Of a stretch of 64,000 nt of DNA, positions 37,331-64,000 are shown piece by piece (position 1 is the stretch's first letter; every line of letters begins with the position of its first letter). Below the pieces are notes generated by a model. That model ran no database searches. It was not told the origin of the DNA and saw nothing but the letters and a program-made list of their open reading frames with translations. The stretch is taken from positions 32,301,504 through 32,365,503 of the forward strand of contig OZ037765.1 of assembly GCA_964035545.1 (NCBI GenBank), in the 5' to 3' direction. The position numbers and the translations under genes are program-made. This DNA is from Bugula neritina. Its lineage: Eukaryota > Animalia > Bryozoa.

Positions 37331-38235
37331 ATATAATATATAATAATACTAACAAACTGGTGAGTTTGTCCACACCAGCTGTTTATGTACATATATTATT
37401 TTACTACAGTTATAATGTGTAGTCCCCACTAATTAGTTATACTAGTCCTCTTGCCACCAGTTAACTGCCAACAATGTTACGGACAGTGAACTGGTGGTAA
37501 AAAGTTAAATTGCTTCACTTTTATAGCACTTTACCAAGTTAAAGCTATATTTTCTATAAAGTCTTTATCAAAAGCAGTATTCATGGAGTTTTTTTTGTTT
37601 ACATAACTGTTTTATTATCACTAAATAAATAAGAAAATACAGAATCTAAAAAACAAGTACTCCATACTGCTTGTCAAAGCTAATTTCTTCTTTAAATTAA
37701 TCAACATGTTGGGAAATACAAAAGCTACTACTAGGTAAATAATAATATAAAAAGAGATTCTAATATTATACCGTCAGAGTTGTTCATTATGCAAATGTAT
37801 TGATATTGGGAAGTCCATAAGTGTGAGAGAGTTGCTATGGTAACAGGAGTAATACACATGTTATGCACAACAAACCATATCAGGCTCAAGTTGATTAAAA
37901 TGTTCAGTTTCCTTGTTGAAGCTTTTTACAAACAATAATTTTAATAAAATGGGGATACAATAAGGATGTCCACTAAAAAACTTAAAACAAATAATAAATT
38001 TTTAATAAATAATTCAAAATTGGAAGACATTTTTTAAACATTACCTACACGAAATCTCAGAAAGCTAAAAATATAATTTAGATCCACACATTTTAAATAG
38101 CCAATGAGAACAAAACAATATTTTATGACCAAATGTTGTGAGATTCAACAAATGTAAAGGAAGGGACAAGTTAGAGTGAGATCCTAATACATTAAAAACA
38201 ACTCAGTAAGAAACAGTCAAACAGCTCTCAGTACT

Positions 38236-53203
<14,968 letters not shown>

Positions 53204-55085
53204 ATTGCCTAGTAACAAAGACTAGCCTTTACAAACGTAACTTTGTACAGGAAACGAACAAGTGGTATATTGTGACATACTTGCTGTAAGGCTGTGTTAC
53301 CCACAGCCACTCACATGGCACTTTTATTGTCTACCACCTTTATTGATTGACATGGTGGGAGTAAAAATATTTGTAACCTTTACTGCTACTGAAACAACTA
53401 AAACTTTCACCAGGCATTGCTATGAGTATAATATTAGCAGTGAAATTCATAATCATACTTTCAGTCATACAAGTTGAGTCATAGTAACAATACTAAAAGT
53501 GCAAGTAATAAAAATACTAACCTCAATAACATAAACATGCTAGTAAAATTTCCCATCACACTTTCAATACTAGACACACATCTATAGACATAACTCATTT
53601 AATAGTCTTGTCAATATTTATTGGATAATGTGAGAATTACTATCAGCATAAGAACTAATCAGTATTTGAAGCATTAGTAACACAGGTTTAGCTTAAATCT
53701 ACCACGAAACTGAAGTCAAACTATAAGAGGTAAATAGATGCAATTAATTATATCAAATAACAAATACAGCTGACTCACCACTGAGACACTTTTCAGCACC
53801 ACAGTCGCAATAAGTATTAAATTTAGGGTCAATGTGAGACTAACATTATGTATCTTAAACTACAGGGCAAGCTGAATTGGAGCAAATCTAAATTTCAAGT
53901 TATACTTATTAGATCTTTTATTCACTGTACTAGCTTTAATAATTTTAATAATTACTATCGGAATATGACTAATGATTATAACAACAATAATAATCACAAG
54001 AACTACTACAAGTACATTTAATTTTATAATATTAATTAATTATTATATAAGTATTAGTAATGTAAATTAGTATTGAGTACTACTATTATTATGCATTTGG
54101 CAGTTTTGCTATAACTATTAGCATAAGTTAACTGCTAGTAGTAGTGCTACGACTGCTACTACTACTAGTACTGCTAGTACTTAAACTAAACTTACAAGAG
54201 TTGAAAAAGTATATGGTTTTCTCCCCTTTACCCACTCACCAACATAAGATGAGTGAGATTTAAGTAAATTCAGGTGAACAATCAAATAGTGAATCTATGA
54301 CTAACCTGGCTATGCTATAGGTAGACTGCAATATAAATCATTGCTTAGGCCTTAGAGTTACTGTTAGTGTAACAACTTTACTTTTAAAACTAAAATTAAA
54401 AATAAAATAAGATTAAGATTTGCAATTGTAGCAAAAGTTATTTTTAAAAACTAAATAAAAATTTTTTTCAATTGGGATAATAATTAATAATCATATACAT
54501 AATTGTGATTATTACCAACGCCGTGGATGTTGAAAATCTAAGTGACTAACTTAGCAATGTTAACACTAAATATAAATATTTAGTGTTATTTCAATAGTGG
54601 CCCATCTTGCAAAGTGAGTATGCAGCTCTCGCGTGTACCGTCAATGTAACCTTAGTGACATCCAAATATAAACTTTAAACCTACAACCACATGATTATAT
54701 CAATGATCTATGCTCATATACTTTTCATCTAAAAACCTTCGACGCTCAAGCTAAGACTGCTTTATTTACATTTTGACCAACAAATTTAGCCTCTGTAAAA
54801 GTATCGTAAAAATCAATGCTTTTATGCATATATTTTCTTACTAAGTCGAGCCTATTTTTCTGAAAATTTGATTGGCTTACAAGACATTACGACAATGCAC
54901 AGGAAACTTGTTTGTTGAAACACAAACATATTGTATAGGATTCAGAGAGGATTCAGTATCAAACGTCCAGAAAACATCATTTACTAAGTTTTAGAGCAAG
55001 ATTTGGAAGCAAAAAATTAGCTACCATTTAACAATTTATATATTGAATTTATGACGTTAACTAAAAATTGTGAATTATAATCATT

Positions 55086-58000
55086 ATGGCTAAACATCCA
55101 ACATGCTCCTCGAATGGCGCTGTTAGAGCTTTACAACTGGAGTTGAAAAAGATAATGGAAGAACCAGTAGAAGGCTTTCGTGTTAAATTAGCTAATGAAG
55201 ACAATGTCTTTGGATGGGATGTAGCAATTTTTGGTCCACCCGGAACACTTTATGAAGGTGGTTATTTTAAGGTAAGACCTTTAACTTCGAAGTTAAATTC
55301 TGAGATTTATGATATTCATATTGATATTGATAATCATAATGACGCATGAGTATGACGTATACTTTAACATAATCTTAATATTTAGCTTTATTTATGCTTA
55401 CTCATAGTCAACCTAATACCTATAGTCGCACTAATACTAATAGTAATACTAAAATACTAGTGATAGCCCATAACCATAATGATAATTCATTAATTAAATA
55501 ATTGTAATATTAAATAATTAATAGATAATATTAATAATAATAAAACTAACAGTAATACTAATTCCTTAATTCAGTAATGGACAGTTGGCATTGCTCATTC
55601 GTGATACTGACAGTCATTACTCATTACGATCCATGCTCAATTTGAAGTTTGTTTCTTCACTTTTCATCATTGTAGTAACTACAATTACAATGATGCTTAT
55701 TTTTCTTTGCAATTTGTGGTTTTATCATTATGAGTATAATTATATTTTTAATAATGACTATTGTAAGTGTGATATAGTTCCCAAGACCTAGTACCTGTAT
55801 AAGTAGTGGCCACATCTGCTCATAGTAATAGTATTATGAAATAGGCTTATAGTCATAATCATACTAGTAGTAGTTTGGACCAATCATTACAGTAATGTTT
55901 GTCGTTTTAATTTTACTATTATGTATTGTAGATAAATTTGATATGTCCTTGGTCATTTACTCATTGTATAAATACATAAAGTGGCTCTTTTTATCAAAAA
56001 ACTTTCAAACTAAAGTACATCAAGGTACACCAACATGTTATGTTAGCACTCTGGCTGGCAAAGACAATTCACCTTGGCTGCAAAACTCAGTCACTTGAAA
56101 ATTGCAACAATAAACCACGTAGTGTAGACTCTGAAATTGATAGAATTTGGTATGTTCAAAATTGGGAGTGGTTTTTACTGTTATTAGATTCATTGGATTA
56201 TTATAAAGAAGTTAAATTGAGTTAGTCTAAAATACCATTGAGATTAAATATGATGCAATGAAACTAAGGTATATAACTCGTCAATGCATAGATTGTATTC
56301 TACATTCATACTGAAATTCATAATGAATCTATTGTTCTGATTACGTAATGTTGTGATGATGAGAAAATGATGTAATAGGAACGTTATGGATATCAAATTC
56401 AAAATGAATATAAGTATGAATGCATAATCATCCATAAAGTATATTAGTTATTATAAAATAATAATTATAATAATACTTACTAGTTCTGAAGCAAATTTAA
56501 AAATGATGTTACCGTAATTTATAGATTGAAATAATTTTAACTGAAACTGAAAAACTTATACTCTGTTTAGGTATAGACTATAGAGGTATGAATTCTGTCA
56601 ACTATTATGAATAATATGTAATTTATAAATTGAACCTGTTGACATCAATGTTTGAATTTGTGTATAATATGAAATAAGTACAACTATAAACTGCAACTTT
56701 TTAAATATAAGGAATAACCAACATAACTGGATTTGAATAAAAGTTAACAAATTTACTATTTTAACTACACACCGCTATTTTTTTTACTGTGAATTAACTT
56801 GAAAGAGGCTACCTTTAAAAAATGTTATATTATTTACAGTTTTATTAAAAGAACAAATAAGGTTTATGAAGTTGATGCGAAGCATGCATATTAAACTTTC
56901 AACCCATGAATGTATAAATTTGGTGCTTTTGAAAGGCTCATTATATTATAATGTGGCATTCATTAGTTTAAAGCTTTTACAATACAGTATGACTAGTCTG
57001 TAAAAATTGAACTAAGCCAATATTTAGGTAGAAATGAATGTTTCCAATTCCCCTCCAACAGTCGCCAACTGACTATTATATTCAGTTAGACTGAGGCACT
57101 TGCCTGGCATGTATAAAAAGGTTAGAGAAGTTGAGCAACTGAGTGACTCAATGCTACAGAGTTGGCAGGGGTGACATGTTACACTAAAATTTAGCCATGG
57201 GAAGCAAATAATTTGCACTTGCAATCCTTTTTTGCATAAATTAGTTCAATTCTCTTGTTTACTAAAAAGTAGAAAATTTAGTTATACCATTACACAATAT
57301 CCTATGTATAAAACATATATTTTGAACAATGACAAATGACAAATTATGACAATTAGATTGTACAAAACAAATTATATTTCATGTTTAATGTTGATTTTCA
57401 TAGATTTAGGAAAAGGTTGAACAGGTTTTTTCTCCTCACTGCATCTGATTCATGGTTTTTTTCCTAAAGAATCATTTTGACCGTTTTCAAACTGATGATC
57501 TTACTGGGTTATAAGACTGATGACCTAAACATGCTGTCACTGAGTGTCAAAGTTTTACCATCAGCCATCAGCACTGTTGGTCACTGCCCTAGATGATTGT
57601 AGTGCTAGTGATAGGTTGATAACATATATCAAGCTACCTATTAACTGTAAATAGGCCCTTTGGTGATGATATAAGAGATGAACTGATTTGATGATCAGAA
57701 CTGTTCAATGACTGATATAAGAAATTCTATAATCATTGTGATAAACTATGACTCAGCTCTATAGTTGAATGTCATGCCCCTGACCAGGCTGTTAATTGAG
57801 ATAAATGTTTGACAATTGTATGGATTTGCTCTGATTAACTTCTTACGTATCTTTGTCTAAGTTGTGTTGCTATGACAACCACATAATTATTTCTTGAAAT
57901 GATGAATCATATTAGGGCAATCTGATTATGCAGCAGCCATTGGCTAGAGTTATTGAATCACGTCAACTCCCTGACTGAGTAAATGTAAATAAAGGAGCTA

Positions 58001-59786
58001 CCCTGTTAGTACAATCAAGTCGTGTCCGTACAAAGAAATGCTGGCTATAATATAAAACAAAGCTTTTCATATCTTGATAGAGTAGCATAGCCTCAGGAAA
58101 CTAGTAACTAATACATTATGTTTCCTAGGCTGTCATGAGGTTTCCAACAGACTACCCATACTCACCACCAACTGTCAAATTCCTCACTAAAATGTGGCAC
58201 CCCAATGTGTATGAGAATGGCGACGTCTGCATATCCATTCTGCATCCGCCCACAGAAGACCCCCAGAGTGGAGAAAAACCATCTGAACGTTGGAATCCTA
58301 CACAGAATGTTAGGTACGAGTCAGCATACTGTAGTAACTACTGTATATTGTAGTAACTACTGTATACTGTAGTAACTGCAGTATACTGTAGTAACTACTG
58401 TATACTGTAGTAACTGCAGTATACTGTAGTAACTACTGTATACTGTAGTAACTACTGTATACTGTAGTAACTGCAGTATACTGTAGTAACTACTGTATAC
58501 TGTAGTAACTGCAGTATACTGTAGTAACTACTGTATACTGTAGCAACTCTTCAGTCTCCAGAGTCTATTGTATAAAGTATTTCCCCTCCTTGTAAATTCT
58601 TACAACAAAGCACTGACTGATTTTATTATGTATAACCAAACTCTTCAAACAAACAAAGCCCCGGTTAAGTAAGGGGTTAATGAAAGGTTGATAGCACGTG
58701 AATATTGTTTATAGGACTTGCTTTACATTGCTCAATGTTTTTCTACTTGAGATAATGTAAAACATGTGGTTTGAAGATGATAGGTAGTTGTGTTGACTTG
58801 ACCAGTGCTGTTTACATTCCAGTAGTAAATAATTCAGTGTGTACCATCATATCTTTTGTTTTTGTCTTGTTATGTGCATAGCTATAGCTTAGTTATCTCC
58901 TATTTACTACTTTTAGTGTTATATATTACTATTTATCATGTCTTACGTAATCTGAAATACTTGAGGGTAGGTCAGTTCTACAGCACTGAGCAGTATTGGC
59001 AGCACAGCTTTGGCAGCGCTGAACACAAAGTAGCATTTAGAGAGTTGATAATATGACCAGATTTATACTCATATATGACAGTATATCAATCTGTGTAATA
59101 ATGTATAGCATTTCCCAGTACCTAGATTAGAAGTGCCAGTGAAGTATGCCATTTATTATGTATACATAATAAATTAACTTCTTATACAGCTTAGTTACCT
59201 GTATGTAGTAATCATGGAAATGTCATATGCAGCAGTAGTAGTAGCAGTTTTATGACTCTCAGATGGGCATTATACTGCATTGTGGGTTATCTTCAACTAG
59301 TAATTACAAGAGCGTAACCAATAGCAACAGCTGGCTTTGGTTCATTTGTTTACATATATCAGCTGATAGTGCCACTACTGCAGCTTTCCAATGCTCAACA
59401 AAGGAAATGTTCACATGCTTATTAATGAATAAAAAACACAAGCTCCTCTTGTTATTAATCAGTATAATATAAGTAACAGGAAAATGAAGCGTCATGTTTC
59501 AATAAATAGGAAGTTTCTTCACTAGGATTGGCATAGAAAATGTAGTTTGTTTTATTGATGTGGTGAATCAATCTGTTAATAATACTACTACTGCTACTAC
59601 TAATTCTGCTACTGCTACTACTACTACTACTAGTAGTACTGCTACTGCTACTACTACTACTGCTACTACTAATTCTGCTACTGCTACTACTAATACTAGT
59701 AGTAGTACTGCTACTATTACTACTACAGTCACCACTACTACTACTACTAGTACTACTACTAGTACTACTACTACTACTACTACTAG

Positions 59787-59830
<44 letters not shown>

Positions 59831-60248
59831 GTACTACTACTACTATTACTACTACTACTATTACTACTACTACTGCTGCTACTACTACTACTAATGCCAC
59901 TACTACTAGTACTGTTACTACTACTACTACTATTTTGTAACAAAGTGTGACCATATTCTCAAGATAAACAGCAATTATGTTTACAGTGTCCCATAGTACT
60001 AAGTCAATGTATTGGTGATATATTTGCTGTTTTAGAACGATACTTTTAAGTATCATCTCTCTACTCAATGAGCCCAACACATTCTCTCCTGCCAACGTAG
60101 ACGCCTCTGTCATGTACCGCAGGTGGAGGGATTCAAAAGGAAAAGATAAAGAATATGAGAGTATAATAAAGTAAGTCATGCCTTGCGGATATGGGGCACT
60201 TGCTGTTGTCACTAGGATAATTTATTGCAATAGTACTAGCAGTAGTGA

Positions 60249-60288
<40 letters not shown>

Positions 60289-60774
60289 GAAAGTTGTTGT
60301 AGTAGTGGTGGCAGTAGCCCTAGTAGTGGTGACTGTAGTACTACTAATAATAGTAGTAGTAGTGGTGGCGGTGGTGGTAGTAATAGTGGTTACTGTAGTA
60401 CTAGTAGTGAAACTAACAGTAATAGTGCTAATTGCGAAAGTAGTAGTAAATTTATGCCAAAGGCTATTAGTAGTAAATTTTACTATTATTTATTAACTCT
60501 GTAGTTCTTTACAATCACTCTAATCTGCATATATTTTCTTCTAATGATGAACAGAAAGCAAGTGACTTCAACATATGCGGATGCAGAACATGACGGAGTT
60601 GTCGTACCTCGGACTCTAGAAGAATACTGTGTGAAAGGAAAACCTCATGAAAAGGATGATAGTGGAGAAATAGCTGACTTTTATGATGATGACGACGATT
60701 ATTTTGACGACTATGACGATGAAGATTGTATATATGAGAGTGATGATAATGATAGTGGAAACGAGGAGTCGTGA
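55086..60774 (+). CDS. CDC34: Ubiquitin-conjugating enzyme E2 R (CDC34/UBE2R2-like), 241 aa
   Basis: Exons 55086-55271, 58129-58313, 60036-60170, 60555-60774. [18 protein letters not shown] active site, CDC34-type acidic loop [21 protein letters not shown], acidic C-terminal tail. Confidence 0.95.
58326..58545. repeat. 19-bp minisatellite after the UBE2R exon 2 donor
   Basis: About 11 copies of TACTGTAGTAACTACTGTA, with the variant TACTGTAGTAACTGCAGTA. Confidence 0.92.
59580..59932. repeat. (ACT)n trinucleotide microsatellite
   Basis: Imperfect ACT/GCT/AGT run. Confidence 0.95.
60230..60450. repeat. (AGT)n/(GGT)n trinucleotide microsatellite
   Basis: Imperfect AGT/GGT run. Confidence 0.92.
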
Positions 60775-61307
60775 CCACTTGGCACTCTACTCGCCTCTGC
60801 TCTTATTCATCTATAGCCTAATTTGGTGCTGCACCTACATATTGTAAACATGATATTGTAAATGCTGTTTTTATATAGCTGTGTAGAAATATGGTTATTC
60901 TCCAATATTTCAACCTGTAATCAGGCTATTCCACCCAACTTGCTACTGGTTTTAGCTGGCACCTGGCTATAGTGTAGCTGATTTCAATGTCATCATTGTT
61001 CACAAGTTTGCATGTGGTAGTTGTATGGAATTCTACCTCAAAGTTTTTTCTGCGGGTAGAAAAATTTATCAACTATATTACACTATGGAGTTTTATTTCT
61101 ATGTTAAGTTAGTTATATAATTTACTAAAGTTCAGTCTATATATTTGTGTAAGTTAAAAAGCTAGATATTCCTCTATTGTTGGTGATTATTTTATAATTA
61201 TGTAGTTTGTTAGCAGTTCTCAATGGGTGGCACATTTGCTTATACAAGTCTATAGTAGAATTCTTCCCATCCTGTAGCAATAGTACAAGATGTAGAATTA
61301 TTGTTTG

Positions 61308-61352
<45 letters not shown>
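61308..61352. repeat. (TA)n microsatellite
   Basis: Perfect TA run between the convergent UBE2R and RBM7-like 3' ends. Confidence 0.95.
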
Positions 61353-61358
<6 letters not shown>

Positions 61359-61782
61359 TTCTCCAAGCATATAAAATATATACACGTATCTCAAATTGAA
61401 TTATTCTAAATATTTAATATAATATTACCAGTGTTGGCAAACTTCCAACTTGTGATTTTAATTTCAGTGTATGTTGTACTATATAATATCATAAAATATT
61501 TACTATTACACATAGAAATGTCCCACAGTTTACCAATATTCAGTGTACACTATCTCCCAATAAATGCTAGTACAGCTAATTTCAAAAGAAACTCCACAAA
61601 ATGAGTTAAGAAAACCTGCTACATATCAGTAATGCCAGCACCTGGCTTTACAATAGTCTATAAAACAGGATATCTCCAACAAGTGAAGTGCTATCCTATT
61701 TGCATGAATGTTCAAATTAGATTGGAATTTATCTTCTCTATGTTTAGTAAATGGACCATTTCTAAAATTGTATAATGAAGAA

Positions 61783-64000
61783 TTATCTTCTCCTGTTGTC
61801 ATATCTATTCTGACGCATTTGCATGTCTGCCTGTGTGACATAACGCTGCTGGGTTAATAGCCTTTGCCTTCTTTCATCAAAAGGTATTTGATGGCCGGGA
61901 TGATTGATGGGCACCCCACCTCTGAAATTAACTGGTGGACTGTTAAAGCTAATAAACTGAGGTTCATACTCCCTATTATCTGCTGACCTATAGCCTTGTA
62001 TTCTGGGCTGACTGGGTACAGATGGGTTGGGTGTGTAGGGGCCCGGAGTATGCATATTATGAAAGGATCGATCTTGAACTTGACTCTGGTGAATGTAACC
62101 ACTGTAATGGTCTCTCCCTTGGCCGTGGGATTGTCTAGACTGCTGCCGATCATATGGGCTTGCGGAATGGTGACTGTTCTGTCTGGCTTGTCTCTGGTTG
62201 CCCGCGTGGATACTGCCAGTTCTGAAGTCAAGGCTGAGAAACCTGCCATGTAGTTTAGTGTCACTGAACAGCTCTTTAGCGTATGGCACTGAAACTGAGT
62301 GCCTGAAAGTGATGAAGGCCATGTTCTTGTTCTGTATGATAGCTACTTTCTCTAAAGGTCCAGCCTAAATAGTGACAAATGAAGGTCAGACAATGACTAA
62401 TGCAGCACAGTTGATAGTCCTGGCCAAATTATATAACTATGAATTTTCATCACAAACAAAATCAGGGCTTGACTTTACTGCACAATCGCAGCATAGCAGT
62501 GCTTCTTGCAAACTTCTACACCAGCTCATTAAATTTGAGATGTTTTTGTTGAACGAGTATTTATTTTTGGCAGGCCAGAAATTATAGTATATATAGTAAT
62601 GCTATGTCAATCTGAATATGAATGTTGAAGCAAAAACCTCAATTATTAGATTTTGTCAATTTTCACATAATATGTGAAAATTATATATTACTATAGTACA
62701 GCACTAAATTAACACCAAAAAAGCTCAATTTTGCCATCACTTTTGAAAAGAAAAATTTTATCTGTGTGGCTGGACTTTCACCAAAACATATTCACGTCTT
62801 TTGGTAAATTTTTCAACAACTTAATCAAAACTTAAGAGACATTTATTTAGTCCACATGAACCATCAACAGAAATATCCAATAGTTGCCCATTTATCAGTA
62901 AACATGCCATATAAATAAAACATAACTAAAAATACACATTTATGTTGAAACTTGCAACAGCTTATGTCTTTTGTTAAAAAATATTTTAATTCAGTAATTG
63001 AAAATCATCAGGCGATTGCAAAGACAGGGTACCAATAAAGTCAAACAAATATTTACTTCCAACGATTTAATTACATTTACCATTAATCCAAGTAAAAGTA
63101 TTACTAATAGTAATACTAATAGAGTAAGAGTAATTATGATTATAGTTATAGTAAACATTACCATTGAATTTAATACAAGCATTATATTTACTAAAATAAT
63201 AATTATAATAACTTAATATTTATATTGATACTGATAGTATCATTTTTTTTTTCTCTTTCTTTTTTTCTTTCTCTCCTGGCAGTAGCTAGCTATTGAGCTT
63301 TGAATCGAAGCATAATTAACTATATTCTTATCTCGTAGACAAAATAGTTTTCTTCTTTACTACTGATAATCTAAACAATTGTTCATACACCACTGCATCT
63401 CGATAAAGGAGCCAAAGCGCTCCGAGTGAGATTAATTAGATGAGATGAGATGAGATGACATTGCTATTACTATTCGTATTAGTATTACAGCGAATACTAT
63501 CTTTACCATCATGTCAGTAAACAAGTTACTGTTAGGCCTGTTGCTGTTACTGTTAGTGTTACTGCTAAAATCTCTTAAAGTGCTTTTATAAATTGTTGAA
63601 TAAGAATATCAGAATAACTAATATTATAAGTATAAGTCAGTAAACTAAACAATCAGTTTACATTTAGCACCTAATCATGATCATCATAATGATAAAAATA
63701 AATATTTATTATAACTATATTATTAATATCACTATTACAATTAATAAGTTGCAGCAGCGGTACTAGTTCTACTAGTAGTAGTACTCAAATAGTACACTGT
63801 GACACTGACTGTTACAGGCCCAGAGTAAGAGACTGTAACACTAACTGTAAGTGTAGTCTGTACTTCACCTGCAAGAAGAGTTCATACAACTCGTCTTCCG
63901 TGGTTTTTTCATCGAAGGCTCGAAGGAAAAGAGTTCTATTCATTTCAGCCTCCCGGTCCTCCACTTCTGCATCGTGGTTCTTGTCATTAGTTTGTTCTGG
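61783..64000 (-). CDS. RBM7: RRM protein RBM7/RBM11-like (5' end outside the window)
   Basis: Exons 63869->64000 (…NRTLFLRAFDEKTTEDELYELFLQ|gtgaag) and 61783-62364 (AGPLEKV…AFITFRHSVSVPYAKELFSDTKLHGRFLSLDFR), matching the RBM7 RRM signature ELFxQAGP…SVPYA, followed by a low-complexity tail. Confidence 0.85.

Noticed and set aside
59455-60504. Poly-Ser/Thr/Val ORFs resembling mucins
   Set aside because: Translations of trinucleotide microsatellites in UBE2R introns.

Overview
AT-rich, intron-containing eukaryotic (invertebrate-looking animal) genomic DNA; the species cannot be determined from the sequence. I assembled spliced gene models by hand from GT/GC-AG sites and phase continuity: TM9SF3 (+, 13 exons, 14873-22797), an orphan 181-aa ORF (-), an intronless sulfotransferase-fold ORF (+), a WW+BAG co-chaperone (BAG3-like, -, 2 exons), ATP-dependent 6-phosphofructokinase (-, 20 exons, 825 aa), CDC34/UBE2R (+, 4 exons) and a 5'-truncated RBM7/RBM11-like RRM gene (-). 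The most unusual element is a 3-exon gene at 34680-37168, fragmented in the ORF track and assembled only through a GC-AG intron. It encodes an HD-like protein with the H...HD-x-x-K...HH-x-x-x-NPHHPE...D signature that I associate with DUF5662, a family I know from bacteria and viruses. It sits head-to-head with the BAG gene on a compact promoter with three regularly spaced CCAAT boxes and an HSE-like array. The window also holds a tRNA-derived, T-tailed SINE family with target-site duplications, a long-TIR element, a small MITE family, many minisatellites anchored at splice sites, and complementary (ACT)n/(AGT)n tracts bracketing a symmetric UBE2R exon. The first ~14 kb probably carry short 5' exons of an unidentified minus-strand gene (low confidence). 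All family assignments come from remembered motifs, not database searches.
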